From a virus, in the IMG/VR virus record IMGVR_UViG_3300028393_001967: a DNA stretch of 64,000 nt. One strand, written 5' to 3'. Shown one piece after another: positions 53,747 through 63,491 of this stretch (its first letter is position 1; each line of letters begins with the position of its first letter). Both the position numbers and the translations under genes were made by a program. The notes under the pieces are model-generated. The model made no database searches. It saw only the letters and a program-made list of their open reading frames with translations, and was not told the origin of the DNA.

Positions 53747-56503
53747 ATGACCACTCGCCCAAATCTTATATCCCTGCCGCATTTAACCTTTGCTAATTCT
53801 GGCACAACTTACTTTGTTGTACAAGATTCAGGGACCGATCTTTATATTACAGTGCCTCAAGCACAAGAATTAATTTTAGGATACACACAAGTTGGTCCAC
53901 AAGGAAGTCAAGGATCACAAGGATATCAAGGTGTACAGGGAACCCAGGGTAGTCAGGGATATCAAGGCGTTCAAGGAACACCAGGATCGCAAGGATCACT
54001 AGGTATACAAGGAAATCAGGGTGTTCAAGGAGCACAAGGAAGTCAAGGTATTCAAGGAGGTGCAGGATCACAGGGAAGTCAAGGTCGTCAGGGCGCTATT
54101 GGAAATCAGGGCGTTCAGGGAGATCACGGAGTTCAAGGTTCCCAAGGTTCTCTTGGTTTAGGTTATGCAGGATTAACATCAAATACTCCAAATTTAATTA
54201 GTCTAAGTCAAAAAACATTTGTAACTAACCTAAGTTCATCAAATACTGCATTTACAGTAGGGCAATATGTAAGAGCATTTTATAGTACAGTACCAACAAA
54301 TTATTTAGAAGGTATAATCACATCTTTTAGTGGAAATATTTTAATATTAGATGTTTCTATTATAGGTGGCAATGGAGGGCCGTATCCAGATGTTGGCGGG
54401 TTATGGGTATTTGCTATCACCGGATCTCCTGGTGCACGTGGTTCTCAAGGTGCGCAGGGTGTTCAAGGAATTCAAGGTGTTCAAGGATATCGAGGATCAG
54501 ACGGTGTTCAAGGAGCACAAGGAGCCCAAGGTATACAAGGAGCCCAGGGATATCAAGGATATCAAGGCGTTCAAGGGGCACAAGGTATACAAGGAGCAAT
54601 TGGTGCTCAGGGACTTCAGGGCGTAATAGGCGCACAAGGAAGTCAGGGCATTCAGGGATCTCGAGGCGCACAAGGTGTTAGTGGCGCTCAAGGACCTTTG
54701 GGGCCTTATCAAAGCGGCCCTCAAGGTCCTGCCGGCCGTCAAGGATCACAGGGATTTCAAGGAACACAGGGTTCAACAGGCGCTCAAGGTGCACAGGGAT
54801 TTCAAGGAGCACAAGGTGCACAGGGATTACAAGGAGCACAGGGATTTCAAGGAGCACAAGGTGCACAGGGATTACAAGGAGCACAGGGAAGTCAAGGCGT
54901 TCAAGGAACACAAGGTTCTAGGGGATTCCAAGGAGCACAAGGTATTCAAGGAACACAAGGTTCTCAAGGCTTTCAAGGAACACAGGGTGTTCAAGGCACC
55001 CGTGGTGCACAGGGACCACAAGGTATCCAAGGCGGCGCAGGTTTTCAAGGAAGTCAAGGAATCCAAGGAAGTCAAGGTATTCAGGGCGACCAAGGCATAC
55101 AGGGTGCCCAAGGCATACAGGGTGCCCAAGGGTTTCAAGGACCGTTAGGACCTTATCAAAATGGTCCGCAAGGACCTGCTGGTTTCCAAGGACCTCAAGG
55201 ATATCAAGGAAGTCAGGGTTATCAAGGAAGTCAGGGTTATCAAGGTGCTCAAGGAGCACAGGGAAAACAGGGCAGTACGGGAGCTCAAGGATCAGTTGGA
55301 TATCAAGGAAGTCAGGGTGCTCAAGGGTTTCAAGGACCACAAGGATTCCAAGGTGCCCAAGGTGCCCAGGGATATCAAGGGTTAGACGGGACACAGGGTT
55401 CCAGGGGAGTGCAAGGAGCACAGGGATTCCAAGGTACGGTGGGTGCTCAAGGAAGTCAAGGTTTTACTGGTAGTCAAGGAACTATTGGATTCCAAGGACC
55501 TCAAGGATATCAAGGAAGTCAGGGATATCAAGGAAGTCAAGGTTTTACTGGTAGTCAAGGAACTGTTGGTTTCCAAGGAAACCAAGGATATCAAGGAAGT
55601 CAGGGATATCAAGGAAGTCAAGGCGTTCAAGGAACACAGGGTATACAAGGGGCAATTGGTACTCAGGGACTTCAAGGAGCACAAGGATATCAAGGCGCCC
55701 TTGGTGTTCAAGGCTATCAAGGAGCAGTGGGTGCTCAGGGATTACAAGGAACGGCAGGTTCTCAAGGTGTTCAAGGAACACAGGGTGCTCAAGGATACCA
55801 AGGCATTCAAGGAGTTAACGGCGTAGGCTCACAAGGTGTACAAGGAACGGCAGGTGCTCAAGGTGTCCAAGGTGCTCAAGGTCGTCAAGGTGCTCAGGGT
55901 CGTCAAGGCTTTCAGGGCGCTGGCGGCGGTGCAGGTCCAATTGGTGGAACAAACGGACAAGTGTTATATAATTCCGCCGGTAGTGTTGCTGGATTTGCTT
56001 CTACGGACGGTGCTAATATGTCATTATATGGCAATTTAACTGTTCAAGGGGATATTACCGCATACCGCAGTGGCGGAACTACGGGCGTTATCTATCTTAA
56101 TTCAGCTCAAGATAGATATTTGTACTATGATGGCTCCACCTATATATTACATACTGCTGGATTGAGCGTCGGCGGGGACATTACTTCTTCTGGTAATGTC
56201 ACTGCGTATTCTGATGCTAGATTAAAAGATAATATTCAGGTTATTACAGACGCATTGTCTAAACTTTGTGAACTACGAGGAGTAACTTATACCAGAATAG
56301 ACAGTGGAATAAGACAAACTGGTGTAATTGCGCAGGATGTAGAAAAAGTTTTACCAGAAGCTGTTGTTAAACTTGATGACGAAACTGGAACGTTGACTGT
56401 TGCTTACGGTAATATGATAGGACTATTGATTGAATCTATTAAAGAATTAAAAGCTGAAGTAGACGAAATTAAGAAAAATATTGGTTCAAATATACAACCA
56501 TAA
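53747..56503 (+). CDS. collagen-like tail fibre with C-terminal S74 intramolecular chaperone
   Basis: Long G-X-Q triplet tracts; YSDARLKDNI..GVIAQDV..VAYG. Confidence 0.88.
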   Translation: MTTRPNLISLPHLTFANSGTTYFVVQDSGTDLYITVPQAQELILGYTQVGPQGSQGSQGYQGVQGTQGSQGYQGVQGTPGSQGSLGIQGNQGVQGAQGSQGIQGGAGSQGSQGRQGAIGNQGVQGDHGVQGSQGSLGLGYAGLTSNTPNLISLSQKTFVTNLSSSNTAFTVGQYVRAFYSTVPTNYLEGIITSFSGNILILDVSIIGGNGGPYPDVGGLWVFAITGSPGARGSQGAQGVQGIQGVQGYRGSDGVQGAQGAQGIQGAQGYQGYQGVQGAQGIQGAIGAQGLQGVIGAQGSQGIQGSRGAQGVSGAQGPLGPYQSGPQGPAGRQGSQGFQGTQGSTGAQGAQGFQGAQGAQGLQGAQGFQGAQGAQGLQGAQGSQGVQGTQGSRGFQGAQGIQGTQGSQGFQGTQGVQGTRGAQGPQGIQGGAGFQGSQGIQGSQGIQGDQGIQGAQGIQGAQGFQGPLGPYQNGPQGPAGFQGPQGYQGSQGYQGSQGYQGAQGAQGKQGSTGAQGSVGYQGSQGAQGFQGPQGFQGAQGAQGYQGLDGTQGSRGVQGAQGFQGTVGAQGSQGFTGSQGTIGFQGPQGYQGSQGYQGSQGFTGSQGTVGFQGNQGYQGSQGYQGSQGVQGTQGIQGAIGTQGLQGAQGYQGALGVQGYQGAVGAQGLQGTAGSQGVQGTQGAQGYQGIQGVNGVGSQGVQGTAGAQGVQGAQGRQGAQGRQGFQGAGGGAGPIGGTNGQVLYNSAGSVAGFASTDGANMSLYGNLTVQGDITAYRSGGTTGVIYLNSAQDRYLYYDGSTYILHTAGLSVGGDITSSGNVTAYSDARLKDNIQVITDALSKLCELRGVTYTRIDSGIRQTGVIAQDVEKVLPEAVVKLDDETGTLTVAYGNMIGLLIESIKELKAEVDEIKKNIGSNIQP
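54425..55920 (+). repeat. 9-bp-period collagen coding repeat
   Basis: GGN-NNN-CAR tandem array. Confidence 0.9.
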
Positions 56504-56527
56504 ATAATACAAATTGGAGATTAATCA

Positions 56528-57556
56528 GTGTCAAGCACAGCCAGCACCTTTATTGCAAACATAGACCCAAACTTCCCTGTACCTGGGGTAGATAATAACA
56601 CACAGGGTTTTAGAAATAATTTTAATAACATTCAAGTTGCATTGGGTGCAATGAACAGTTATATTGGAACTTTAGCCGATGTTACTTTGGATGTTAACGC
56701 TCCAAACGTAACTGGTACTTATATTACTGCAAATACATCTTTGAATATTGGTGGAACTGCTGTTATTACAACCGGTAGCGACAATACACTATTGGTCAGT
56801 GCCGATGGAATGTCTGGAAAAATTGCGGTATTTCCAAATGTATTAACTGCAAGTGTTATTGCTAATACTACTGGTGAAAAACTTACAGTTAACGGGCACG
56901 TTCAAAATATTCAAGTGGGTGGCACATTTACATTAACTGGCGCCCAATCTACTTTAACATTTAATGTTGTACAAGTTGACGCAGTCAATTCTGTTGTATA
57001 TGCCGACCAAAATATTACACAGGGAATTTATGAGGGGTTTTTTACCAACCCATTGTTTCCAACTGACTATATAGCAGTTAACCCTAAACAAGTTGCTTCA
57101 GCAATCGAAACTGCATTACCATATGGTATGATTACCTTGTGGTATGGCACAATTGCAACTATTCCAAATGGATGGGCATTATGCGATGGCACTAATGGTA
57201 CTCCAAATTTAACAAATATGTTTGTTATTGGCGCCAATGCTGATTACAATGGGGTTCCAACATCTAATGTAACGTCTACCCCGTTAAGTACTGGCGGTAG
57301 TGCTGCTAGTTCATTACCAATTCATACACACGGAGTAAATGATAATGGACACAATCACTCACTAAATGCTGCTGGCAATGCTACTACTAACCCAACAGCA
57401 AATGGTGGATCAGTACAGTTCATAGCAACTGGGCCCGGGGGGTTTGAAACTGGTATTGCTAATACTAATATTAGTATAGCAAATGCTGGTACTGATACTA
57501 CATATGCCAACTTGCCACCATTCTACGCACTTGCATACATTATGAAAGTTGTCTAA
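56528..57556 (+). CDS. tail/baseplate protein with collar-like domain
   Basis: FPVPGVDNNTQGFRNNF; IPNGWALCDGTNGTPNL; LPPFYALAYIMK. Confidence 0.8.
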   Translation: MSSTASTFIANIDPNFPVPGVDNNTQGFRNNFNNIQVALGAMNSYIGTLADVTLDVNAPNVTGTYITANTSLNIGGTAVITTGSDNTLLVSADGMSGKIAVFPNVLTASVIANTTGEKLTVNGHVQNIQVGGTFTLTGAQSTLTFNVVQVDAVNSVVYADQNITQGIYEGFFTNPLFPTDYIAVNPKQVASAIETALPYGMITLWYGTIATIPNGWALCDGTNGTPNLTNMFVIGANADYNGVPTSNVTSTPLSTGGSAASSLPIHTHGVNDNGHNHSLNAAGNATTNPTANGGSVQFIATGPGGFETGIANTNISIANAGTDTTYANLPPFYALAYIMKVV

Positions 57557-57801
57557 TGTTTAATCCTCTATTGGGAAATTTAAGTAAATTAAAAACTGAA
57601 GACCTAGAGAATAAAATATTTGAACTTACAAAAAAATATTATATTGCAATGCGTCTGGGTCAAGGAAGTGCTGCCCAACAGATTGCTCTTAATTTAGACG
57701 CATTCAAAACTGAACAACAGCAAAGACAAATGGCTTCTTTAAAAGCACTAAACAAAAATAATCAAGACAGTGGATTGGACGATTTAATTAATGTTGATTG
57801 A
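57556..57801 (+). CDS. hypothetical protein
   Basis: TAATG coupling. Confidence 0.7.
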   Translation: MFNPLLGNLSKLKTEDLENKIFELTKKYYIAMRLGQGSAAQQIALNLDAFKTEQQQRQMASLKALNKNNQDSGLDDLINVD

Positions 57802-58345
57802 TTTAGAACCATATGTTTGGCCCACTAGTTTTATATGTACACTAATTACCAACACCATTGTAATTCCCAATCATTATAATATTAGTATAGGAATTGAACC
57901 TGCCGATCCGCCAACACTTGCACTGGGATTTAGAAGATTGAGAACGTTTGTTGATACTTGTCTGAACAACAGTATTGTATTAAACCAAACTCATTTTTTA
58001 TCCGACTCATTGCAAAATGTTGATACCAACTTGGTACAATTTCCTACAGAACCATATGACTACTTTGTAGGCAGTGTGTTAATGAGAAAATTTCAAATTA
58101 TTACTCACAAATATTTTGAAATTGGTTTCATTACTATTGACAGTGCAATAGGTGATCACGTACAATACTGTATACGAGATCCAGAAGAAACTGGATTAGA
58201 TTTAGCAGGCGATCACAATTGGTGGAATATGGATAATTTAGATACAGGTACAGGCATTGATTTGACCTGGGATGATCTAGACCTAAGCGATGGCCCTAAA
58301 TTCGAACCTCGAGTTATTAAGGGCGGACGCAGTGATAAAAAATGA
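57791..58345 (+). CDS. hypothetical protein
   Basis: Operonic ORF. Confidence 0.7.
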   Translation: MLIDLEPYVWPTSFICTLITNTIVIPNHYNISIGIEPADPPTLALGFRRLRTFVDTCLNNSIVLNQTHFLSDSLQNVDTNLVQFPTEPYDYFVGSVLMRKFQIITHKYFEIGFITIDSAIGDHVQYCIRDPEETGLDLAGDHNWWNMDNLDTGTGIDLTWDDLDLSDGPKFEPRVIKGGRSDKK

Positions 58346-58844
58346 ATACGGTGAAATCACATTAACAGAACAAGAAGCATTTGAAGCATTATACACAGGT
58401 AAGATCAGTAGTCTCGAAGGCGTATATGTTAATAATGTTGAATTGTATAATAATGCTAGATTGATCAATGCCGATCGCATACCACAATTAGATATTCTCA
58501 AATACGGCAAATTTGACAGTGTTGAAATGTTTGATGAGGAGAATCAACTTAGTTGGTTTATGCCCAAACAATATTGTCCCAATCTTATTAACGAACTGTA
58601 TGATAAATGTACTACATCTGAGCAAACTGCTAGGGTAACTCAAGAGTTAGAATTGTTTATTCAACATAATATGTTAGAGGTTTTGTACTATTGTAAATAC
58701 TTAGTTGACACAATGAGGGAGAACAAAATCCTTTGGGGTGTTGGAAGAGGTAGTAGTGTTGCCAGTTATGTGCTATACTTAATTGGTATACATAAAATTG
58801 ATAGTCTTCGATACGACTTAGATATAACAGAATTTTTAAAATAA
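58332..58844 (+). CDS. DNA polymerase III alpha-like fragment
   Basis: RVTQELELF..WGVGRGSSVASYVLYLIGIHKID; ends before the catalytic Asp motif. Confidence 0.75.
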   Translation: MIKNEYGEITLTEQEAFEALYTGKISSLEGVYVNNVELYNNARLINADRIPQLDILKYGKFDSVEMFDEENQLSWFMPKQYCPNLINELYDKCTTSEQTARVTQELELFIQHNMLEVLYYCKYLVDTMRENKILWGVGRGSSVASYVLYLIGIHKIDSLRYDLDITEFLK

Positions 58845-58854
58845 GGAGAATGAT

Positions 58855-59115
58855 ATGGCTCATATGTCAATGAGAGGTAAGCAAATCGACATGGAAAAGT
58901 TGATGCGTCAAAATGAAACAACGCAGGCTGTGGGTAATGCTAGGTTCAATGCTCGAGGTGATAAACTTGGTCCAAACGGACAAATCATCGAACGCCGTGA
59001 AGATATGGCTGCAACTTATCACGAAGCAAATACAAAGGCACGTGCCGTCCCAGCAAGCGGGCCTGTGGGAATTAAACCACAAGTTGATAAAAAGAAAGCA
59101 CAAGGCGAACTATGA
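58855..59115 (+). CDS. hypothetical protein
   Basis: AAGGAG RBS. Confidence 0.75.
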   Translation: MAHMSMRGKQIDMEKLMRQNETTQAVGNARFNARGDKLGPNGQIIERREDMAATYHEANTKARAVPASGPVGIKPQVDKKKAQGEL

Positions 59116-59453
59116 AAGTAACAGGAACACTTACACCATTACGCGATCGCGTATTATTCTCCGATATGGAGTTTGGTGAAGAAATTACCAAAGGCGGAAT
59201 TATCTTAAAAAGTGATAATGGCAAAGCTGATGGTATCAAACCACGGTGGGGTCGAGTTTGGGCAGTGGGTCCAGAACAAACAGAAGTCAAAGTAGGAGAA
59301 TGGATTCTATTAGAACACGGTCGTTGGAGTCGTGCAGCCGAATATGAAAACGAAGATGGCACAATTACAAAAATTCAATTGGCCGACAACGATGCTATTA
59401 TGATGGTATCGGATGAAAAACCAGGTAATGAAATTACTGGCGTTCCTAAATAA
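59112..59453 (+). CDS. groES: GroES-like co-chaperonin
   Basis: PLRDRV, TKGGIIL, GRVWAVGP, VKVGE. Confidence 0.85.
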   Translation: MKVTGTLTPLRDRVLFSDMEFGEEITKGGIILKSDNGKADGIKPRWGRVWAVGPEQTEVKVGEWILLEHGRWSRAAEYENEDGTITKIQLADNDAIMMVSDEKPGNEITGVPK

Positions 59454-59490
59454 CTGTTGACACATTTTAAATCCCGTGCTATATTATAGT

Positions 59491-59739
59491 ATGGGATTTA
59501 AAAAATCATTAGATGTTGCCAACATCGTCCAACAAATAAATGCAGCAGTATATTCTGTCAGTAGCCCATATACTGACGGATTCAACGGCTGGTGCACTAA
59601 ACAAGACCTATATCAAATAAAAGAAATACTAGATGACGCTATTCGTCGTTGTCCAGAATTTGGCACGACTGAATTGGAATGGCTCAAAGAACAAGAGCAG
59701 AGAAAAATAATTAAAATACTCAAAAATGATATTCAATAA
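59491..59739 (+). CDS. hypothetical protein
   Basis: ORF after a TTGACA promoter. Confidence 0.65.
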   Translation: MGFKKSLDVANIVQQINAAVYSVSSPYTDGFNGWCTKQDLYQIKEILDDAIRRCPEFGTTELEWLKEQEQRKIIKILKNDIQ

Positions 59740-60190
59740 AATAAAACAACTAAAACAAGATGGATTGAAAGTTGGTGTAGTGTTTAGCTCATTTGACTTA
59801 TTCCACGCAGGGCACGTGGCTATGTTGGCCGAAGCAAAGAACCATTGCGATTATTTAATTGCAGCATTACAAACAGATCCAACCATCGATCGTCCTGATA
59901 GTAAAAATCCGCCAATTCAAAGTATTGTAGAACGACAAATACAGGTCAGCACAAATCGTAATGTGGACGAAGTAGTAGTCTATCAGACAGAAAAAGATCT
60001 AGAAGATCTCTTGCTTATTTTGCCTGTTGACGTTAGAATATTAGGTGTAGAGTATAAAGACAAAGAGTTTACAGGACGTGAAATTTGTCTCAAGCGTGGG
60101 ATTGAAATTGTTTATAACGGGCGAGATCATTCCTTTAGTAGTAGCAGCCTACGCAAACGTGTAGCAGAAGCAGAAGGAAAAAAGAAATGA
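59726..60190 (+). CDS. second TagD-like cytidylyltransferase
   Basis: SSFDLFHAGH, RDHSFSSS; paralog of 39481-39969. Confidence 0.85.
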   Translation: MIFNKIKQLKQDGLKVGVVFSSFDLFHAGHVAMLAEAKNHCDYLIAALQTDPTIDRPDSKNPPIQSIVERQIQVSTNRNVDEVVVYQTEKDLEDLLLILPVDVRILGVEYKDKEFTGREICLKRGIEIVYNGRDHSFSSSSLRKRVAEAEGKKK

Positions 60191-60480
60191 ACTGGTTGAA
60201 AAGACGACTTCAAAATTGGCTTAATAGCAATGACATAGAATCTATGGCTTCAAATCGCAAAAATCCTAGAGGACTTGCCATAGCATCAGATAGCGATAGT
60301 CTAAGTTCGGAACCACTTCGCCTAAGTATCTATCGTGCCAACGGTGGAACTATTGTCGAAACTCGTACATATGATCGTCAGAAGGATCGAAGTCAAAATC
60401 AACTGCACATTGTCAGTCACGATGAGGATCTTGGCCACAGTCTAGCAAAAATTATTACAATGGAGAGCCTACGTGGATAA
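60187..60480 (+). CDS. hypothetical protein
   Basis: ATGA overlap. Confidence 0.7.
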   Translation: MNWLKRRLQNWLNSNDIESMASNRKNPRGLAIASDSDSLSSEPLRLSIYRANGGTIVETRTYDRQKDRSQNQLHIVSHDEDLGHSLAKIITMESLRG

Positions 60481-60649
60481 TTTTGAAATACAACCTAAAG
60501 ATACAAGCAAGGGTCATTTTTATGTTAGCCTTGTAAAGAGTGCTGTACGTATTGTAGCAGGTGGTTGTTTGATTACAGGAAACTTGCTAATGGCAGGTAT
60601 TTGTTTTATAATGGCAGAAGTATTAGGAATTGTTGAGGAAATGGTATGA
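60473..60649 (+). CDS. small membrane protein
   Basis: 58-aa ORF, GTG start, GGAG RBS; not in the ORF track. Confidence 0.6.
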   Translation: MDNFEIQPKDTSKGHFYVSLVKSAVRIVAGGCLITGNLLMAGICFIMAEVLGIVEEMV

Positions 60650-60837
60650 TTGATAAAGAAGCAACTAAAAAGCGAATGTCAGAACTGATGGCACCAGTAG
60701 AGCAGCAAATTTTAATGTGTGATGACAGACAAGATTTGCTAATGATGGCCTGTGCTATGATGCAACGCACTCACGAAATATTACTAAATGAATTAGGTGA
60801 AGAAGGCGCCAAACTAATGTATAAGGATTTTGTATAA
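60646..60837 (+). CDS. hypothetical protein
   Basis: ATGA overlap. Confidence 0.65.
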   Translation: MIDKEATKKRMSELMAPVEQQILMCDDRQDLLMMACAMMQRTHEILLNELGEEGAKLMYKDFV

Positions 60838-61049
60838 TGTATGTTACTACAGAAGTTGAAGTAGATCTAGCAGATTTTGATACTGCTGATCTAATTGAAG
60901 AATTAGAGCATCGAGGCGGATTGCCTGTAGAGTATGAGGGTGATGCTAAAGAAATAGTCGAGGCAATTTGGCTGCGTCGACGTAATGGACAAGACTATGA
61001 TGATCTAGTGGATCAATTAATTTATAAAGTATTAGGAAAGGTAATTTAA
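60837..61049 (+). CDS. hypothetical protein
   Basis: TAATG coupling. Confidence 0.65.
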   Translation: MYVTTEVEVDLADFDTADLIEELEHRGGLPVEYEGDAKEIVEAIWLRRRNGQDYDDLVDQLIYKVLGKVI

Positions 61050-61050
61050 A

Positions 61051-61974
61051 ATGGCAAAAGAACTTTGGGTAGAAAAATACCGTCCTGATACTTTCGACGG
61101 ATACGTTTTTAAAGATAGCAATCAAAAGAAGCAAATTGAATCTTGGATTGCCGATGGAATGATTCCGCATTTATTGTTTAGCGGTACTGCCGGAGTTGGC
61201 AAAACTACCCTTGCTAAAATCCTTATCAATAAACTGGGTGTCGAAGATAGCGATGTACTGTACGCTAATGGTAGTAAGGAAGGTCGTAAAATTGAATGGG
61301 TTGACAAACTAATTGGATTTTGTCAAACAATGCCCTTTGGTGAATTTAAGATTGTTCTTATTGACGAAGCCGACTTTTTGAATGCCCAATCAGTACAACC
61401 AGCATTGCGTAATCTTATGGAAGAATATTCCAATAGTGTGAGATTTATCCTAACTTGTAATTACAAGAATCGTATTATTCCAGCATTGCATAGTCGTTGC
61501 CAAGGTTTCCATATTGAGCGTACCGATTTGACGGAATTTACAACAAGGGTAGCAACTATTTTGGTCGATGAAAACATTGACTTCGATCTCGATACATTAG
61601 ACACATATGTGAATGCCACTTACCCTGATTTGCGCAAGTGTATCAACAATGTGCAAATGAATAGCGTGGGTGGAAAGTTGACTATTCCCGAAGAGTCTGA
61701 TTCAACGGCTGACTATAAATTAGAAATGGTAGATTTGTTTAAGAAGGGCCAAATTGCACAGGCACGTAAATTGGTATGCGCATCTGCAAGGCCAGAAGAA
61801 ATGGAAGACATCTATCGTTGGATGTATGACCATTTAGAATACTTTGGTACCACTGAAGAACAGAAAGACAGTGCTGTATTGATTATCAAGCAGGGCTTGG
61901 TTGATCATACTATTTGTGCTGATAGTGAAATCAATCTTGCAGCAGTTATGGTAAAATTGGCTCGTTTACAATAA
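61051..61974 (+). CDS. sliding-clamp loader ATPase subunit (RFC / T4 gp44-like)
   Basis: LWVEKYRP, GTAGVGKTT, IDEAD, SRC, PDLRK. Confidence 0.93.
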   Translation: MAKELWVEKYRPDTFDGYVFKDSNQKKQIESWIADGMIPHLLFSGTAGVGKTTLAKILINKLGVEDSDVLYANGSKEGRKIEWVDKLIGFCQTMPFGEFKIVLIDEADFLNAQSVQPALRNLMEEYSNSVRFILTCNYKNRIIPALHSRCQGFHIERTDLTEFTTRVATILVDENIDFDLDTLDTYVNATYPDLRKCINNVQMNSVGGKLTIPEESDSTADYKLEMVDLFKKGQIAQARKLVCASARPEEMEDIYRWMYDHLEYFGTTEEQKDSAVLIIKQGLVDHTICADSEINLAAVMVKLARLQ

Positions 61975-61977
61975 AAC

Positions 61978-62017
61978 AAAACCGCGTAGTCGATGCAGGT
62001 CGTTTACTACGCGGTTT
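61978..62017. terminator. hairpin between convergent genes
   Basis: AAACCGCGTAGT...ACTACGCGGTTT. Confidence 0.7.
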
Positions 62018-62044
62018 CCTATTGTAAAAAATTAGGTTGGTATA

Positions 62045-62809
62045 TTATTCGTCTGTATCTTCCTCATAGATTTTTAATATTTCTCTGACAACTGGATGAC
62101 GTTCAACGTGTTCCGTTCCAAACTGTGCCATAGCAATCATACGATAATCACCTCCTCGGCCGTATAAATTACAAAATTCTAGCAGTCCATTCTCTCTAGG
62201 ACGATCAGCTTGGTTTAAGTCTCCAGTTACTACCATACGGCTTCCATCGCCTAAACGGGTAAGTAACATTTTCATCTGACTGGGTGTAGCATTCTGCATT
62301 TCATCTGCAACGACAAATGCATTTTTAAAAGTGCGTCCACGCATATATGCAAGTGGACTAATTTCAATCACACCGTCATCTAGCATTTCTGCAATTTCTT
62401 TTGGATGGTAGTATTCCTCAAACACATCCATAATAGGCCTAGTCCACGGTGCCATTTTTTCATTTAGCGTCCCTGGTAAGAACCCGTGATCCTCATCAAC
62501 ACTTACAGCTGGCCTTGTAATGATAATTTTATTAATCACCCCCTCTTTGTATAGTTTAATAGCCATCTGTACACCCAACATTGTTTTACCCGTGCCTGCT
62601 GGCCCGATGGCAAATACAATGAATTTCTTGGGATTTTTTAGCAGTTCTAAGTATTGTTCCTGCGCTAGATTGCGCGGAACTATAGATACCTGCTTATTTC
62701 TTTTCAAATACGGTTTGATCTGAATCAAGTTAGTATTTGCGTCAGGTAACAATCGCGGATCTCGATGTACCTGATCTTTTTCGCTTCGTCTTTTGTTTGC
62801 TCTGGACAA
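62045..62809 (-). CDS. phoH: PhoH-like ATPase
   Basis: GPAGTGKT, GFLPG, YMRGRTF, DEMQN, GDLNQAD. Confidence 0.95.
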   Translation of the reverse strand: MSRANKRRSEKDQVHRDPRLLPDANTNLIQIKPYLKRNKQVSIVPRNLAQEQYLELLKNPKKFIVFAIGPAGTGKTMLGVQMAIKLYKEGVINKIIITRPAVSVDEDHGFLPGTLNEKMAPWTRPIMDVFEEYYHPKEIAEMLDDGVIEISPLAYMRGRTFKNAFVVADEMQNATPSQMKMLLTRLGDGSRMVVTGDLNQADRPRENGLLEFCNLYGRGGDYRMIAMAQFGTEHVERHPVVREILKIYEEDTDE

Positions 62810-62954
62810 ATTATGCCTCCATTATTGAAGATCGACCTGCATAGATATTTACACTCCTATTCAAAAACCAGCCCAAAAGGGGTCAAAACGCTGTCAACAG
62901 TTTGATCAATTTTAAATCTTAATCTATATAAATAATTGAATAAAGAGAACCACT

Positions 62955-63491
62955 ATGCACGATATTGTAGATACTATTAAAAACATACAAAGTCTAAGCG
63001 AAAATAACGATGCTTTTAAAATCATTAAAGATTTTGAAAGAGTTATTGACGAACTAGATATCTATGTTTTTAAAAACTGGGAAGATGGCGAACTATGTGT
63101 TGGCCCCGATGTAGGCCGTTACAGCGTTAAATGTAGTTTTATGTGGGACCGTGAAGATATGCCAGACCCAGAAGGCGCTAAACGTCTATACGATTATGGA
63201 TGCCAAGTAGTTTACAAGCGTGAACACATTATGGTACCACGCAAGATTAAAACTCCTGGAGATTTTCGTCCTGGTACTAAAAAGGGCAAGATTGATGCAC
63301 ACCCTGTTTGGGTAGTGGATATTACTATGCCAAAGAAATTAATGCAAGACATTTACGTTGGCAAAGAAAATCAAACACATAATCAAATGGCCGAGTTGAT
63401 GAAGTATAAACAAGACGGCACTAGTGAAACAGGCGAAGTTGCACAAGAAGAACCAGGACAAACAGATGACACAACAATACCAGAAGCGTAA
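62955..63491 (+). CDS. hypothetical late protein
   Basis: TATAAATA upstream; DFERVIDELDIYVFKNW. Confidence 0.8.
   Translation: MHDIVDTIKNIQSLSENNDAFKIIKDFERVIDELDIYVFKNWEDGELCVGPDVGRYSVKCSFMWDREDMPDPEGAKRLYDYGCQVVYKREHIMVPRKIKTPGDFRPGTKKGKIDAHPVWVVDITMPKKLMQDIYVGKENQTHNQMAELMKYKQDGTSETGEVAQEEPGQTDDTTIPEA

Noticed and set aside
53847-56039. Alternative-frame ORFs and CRISPR-like periodicity in the collagen gene
   Set aside because: By-products of the 9-bp G-X-Q repeat; no repeat-spacer structure or cas genes
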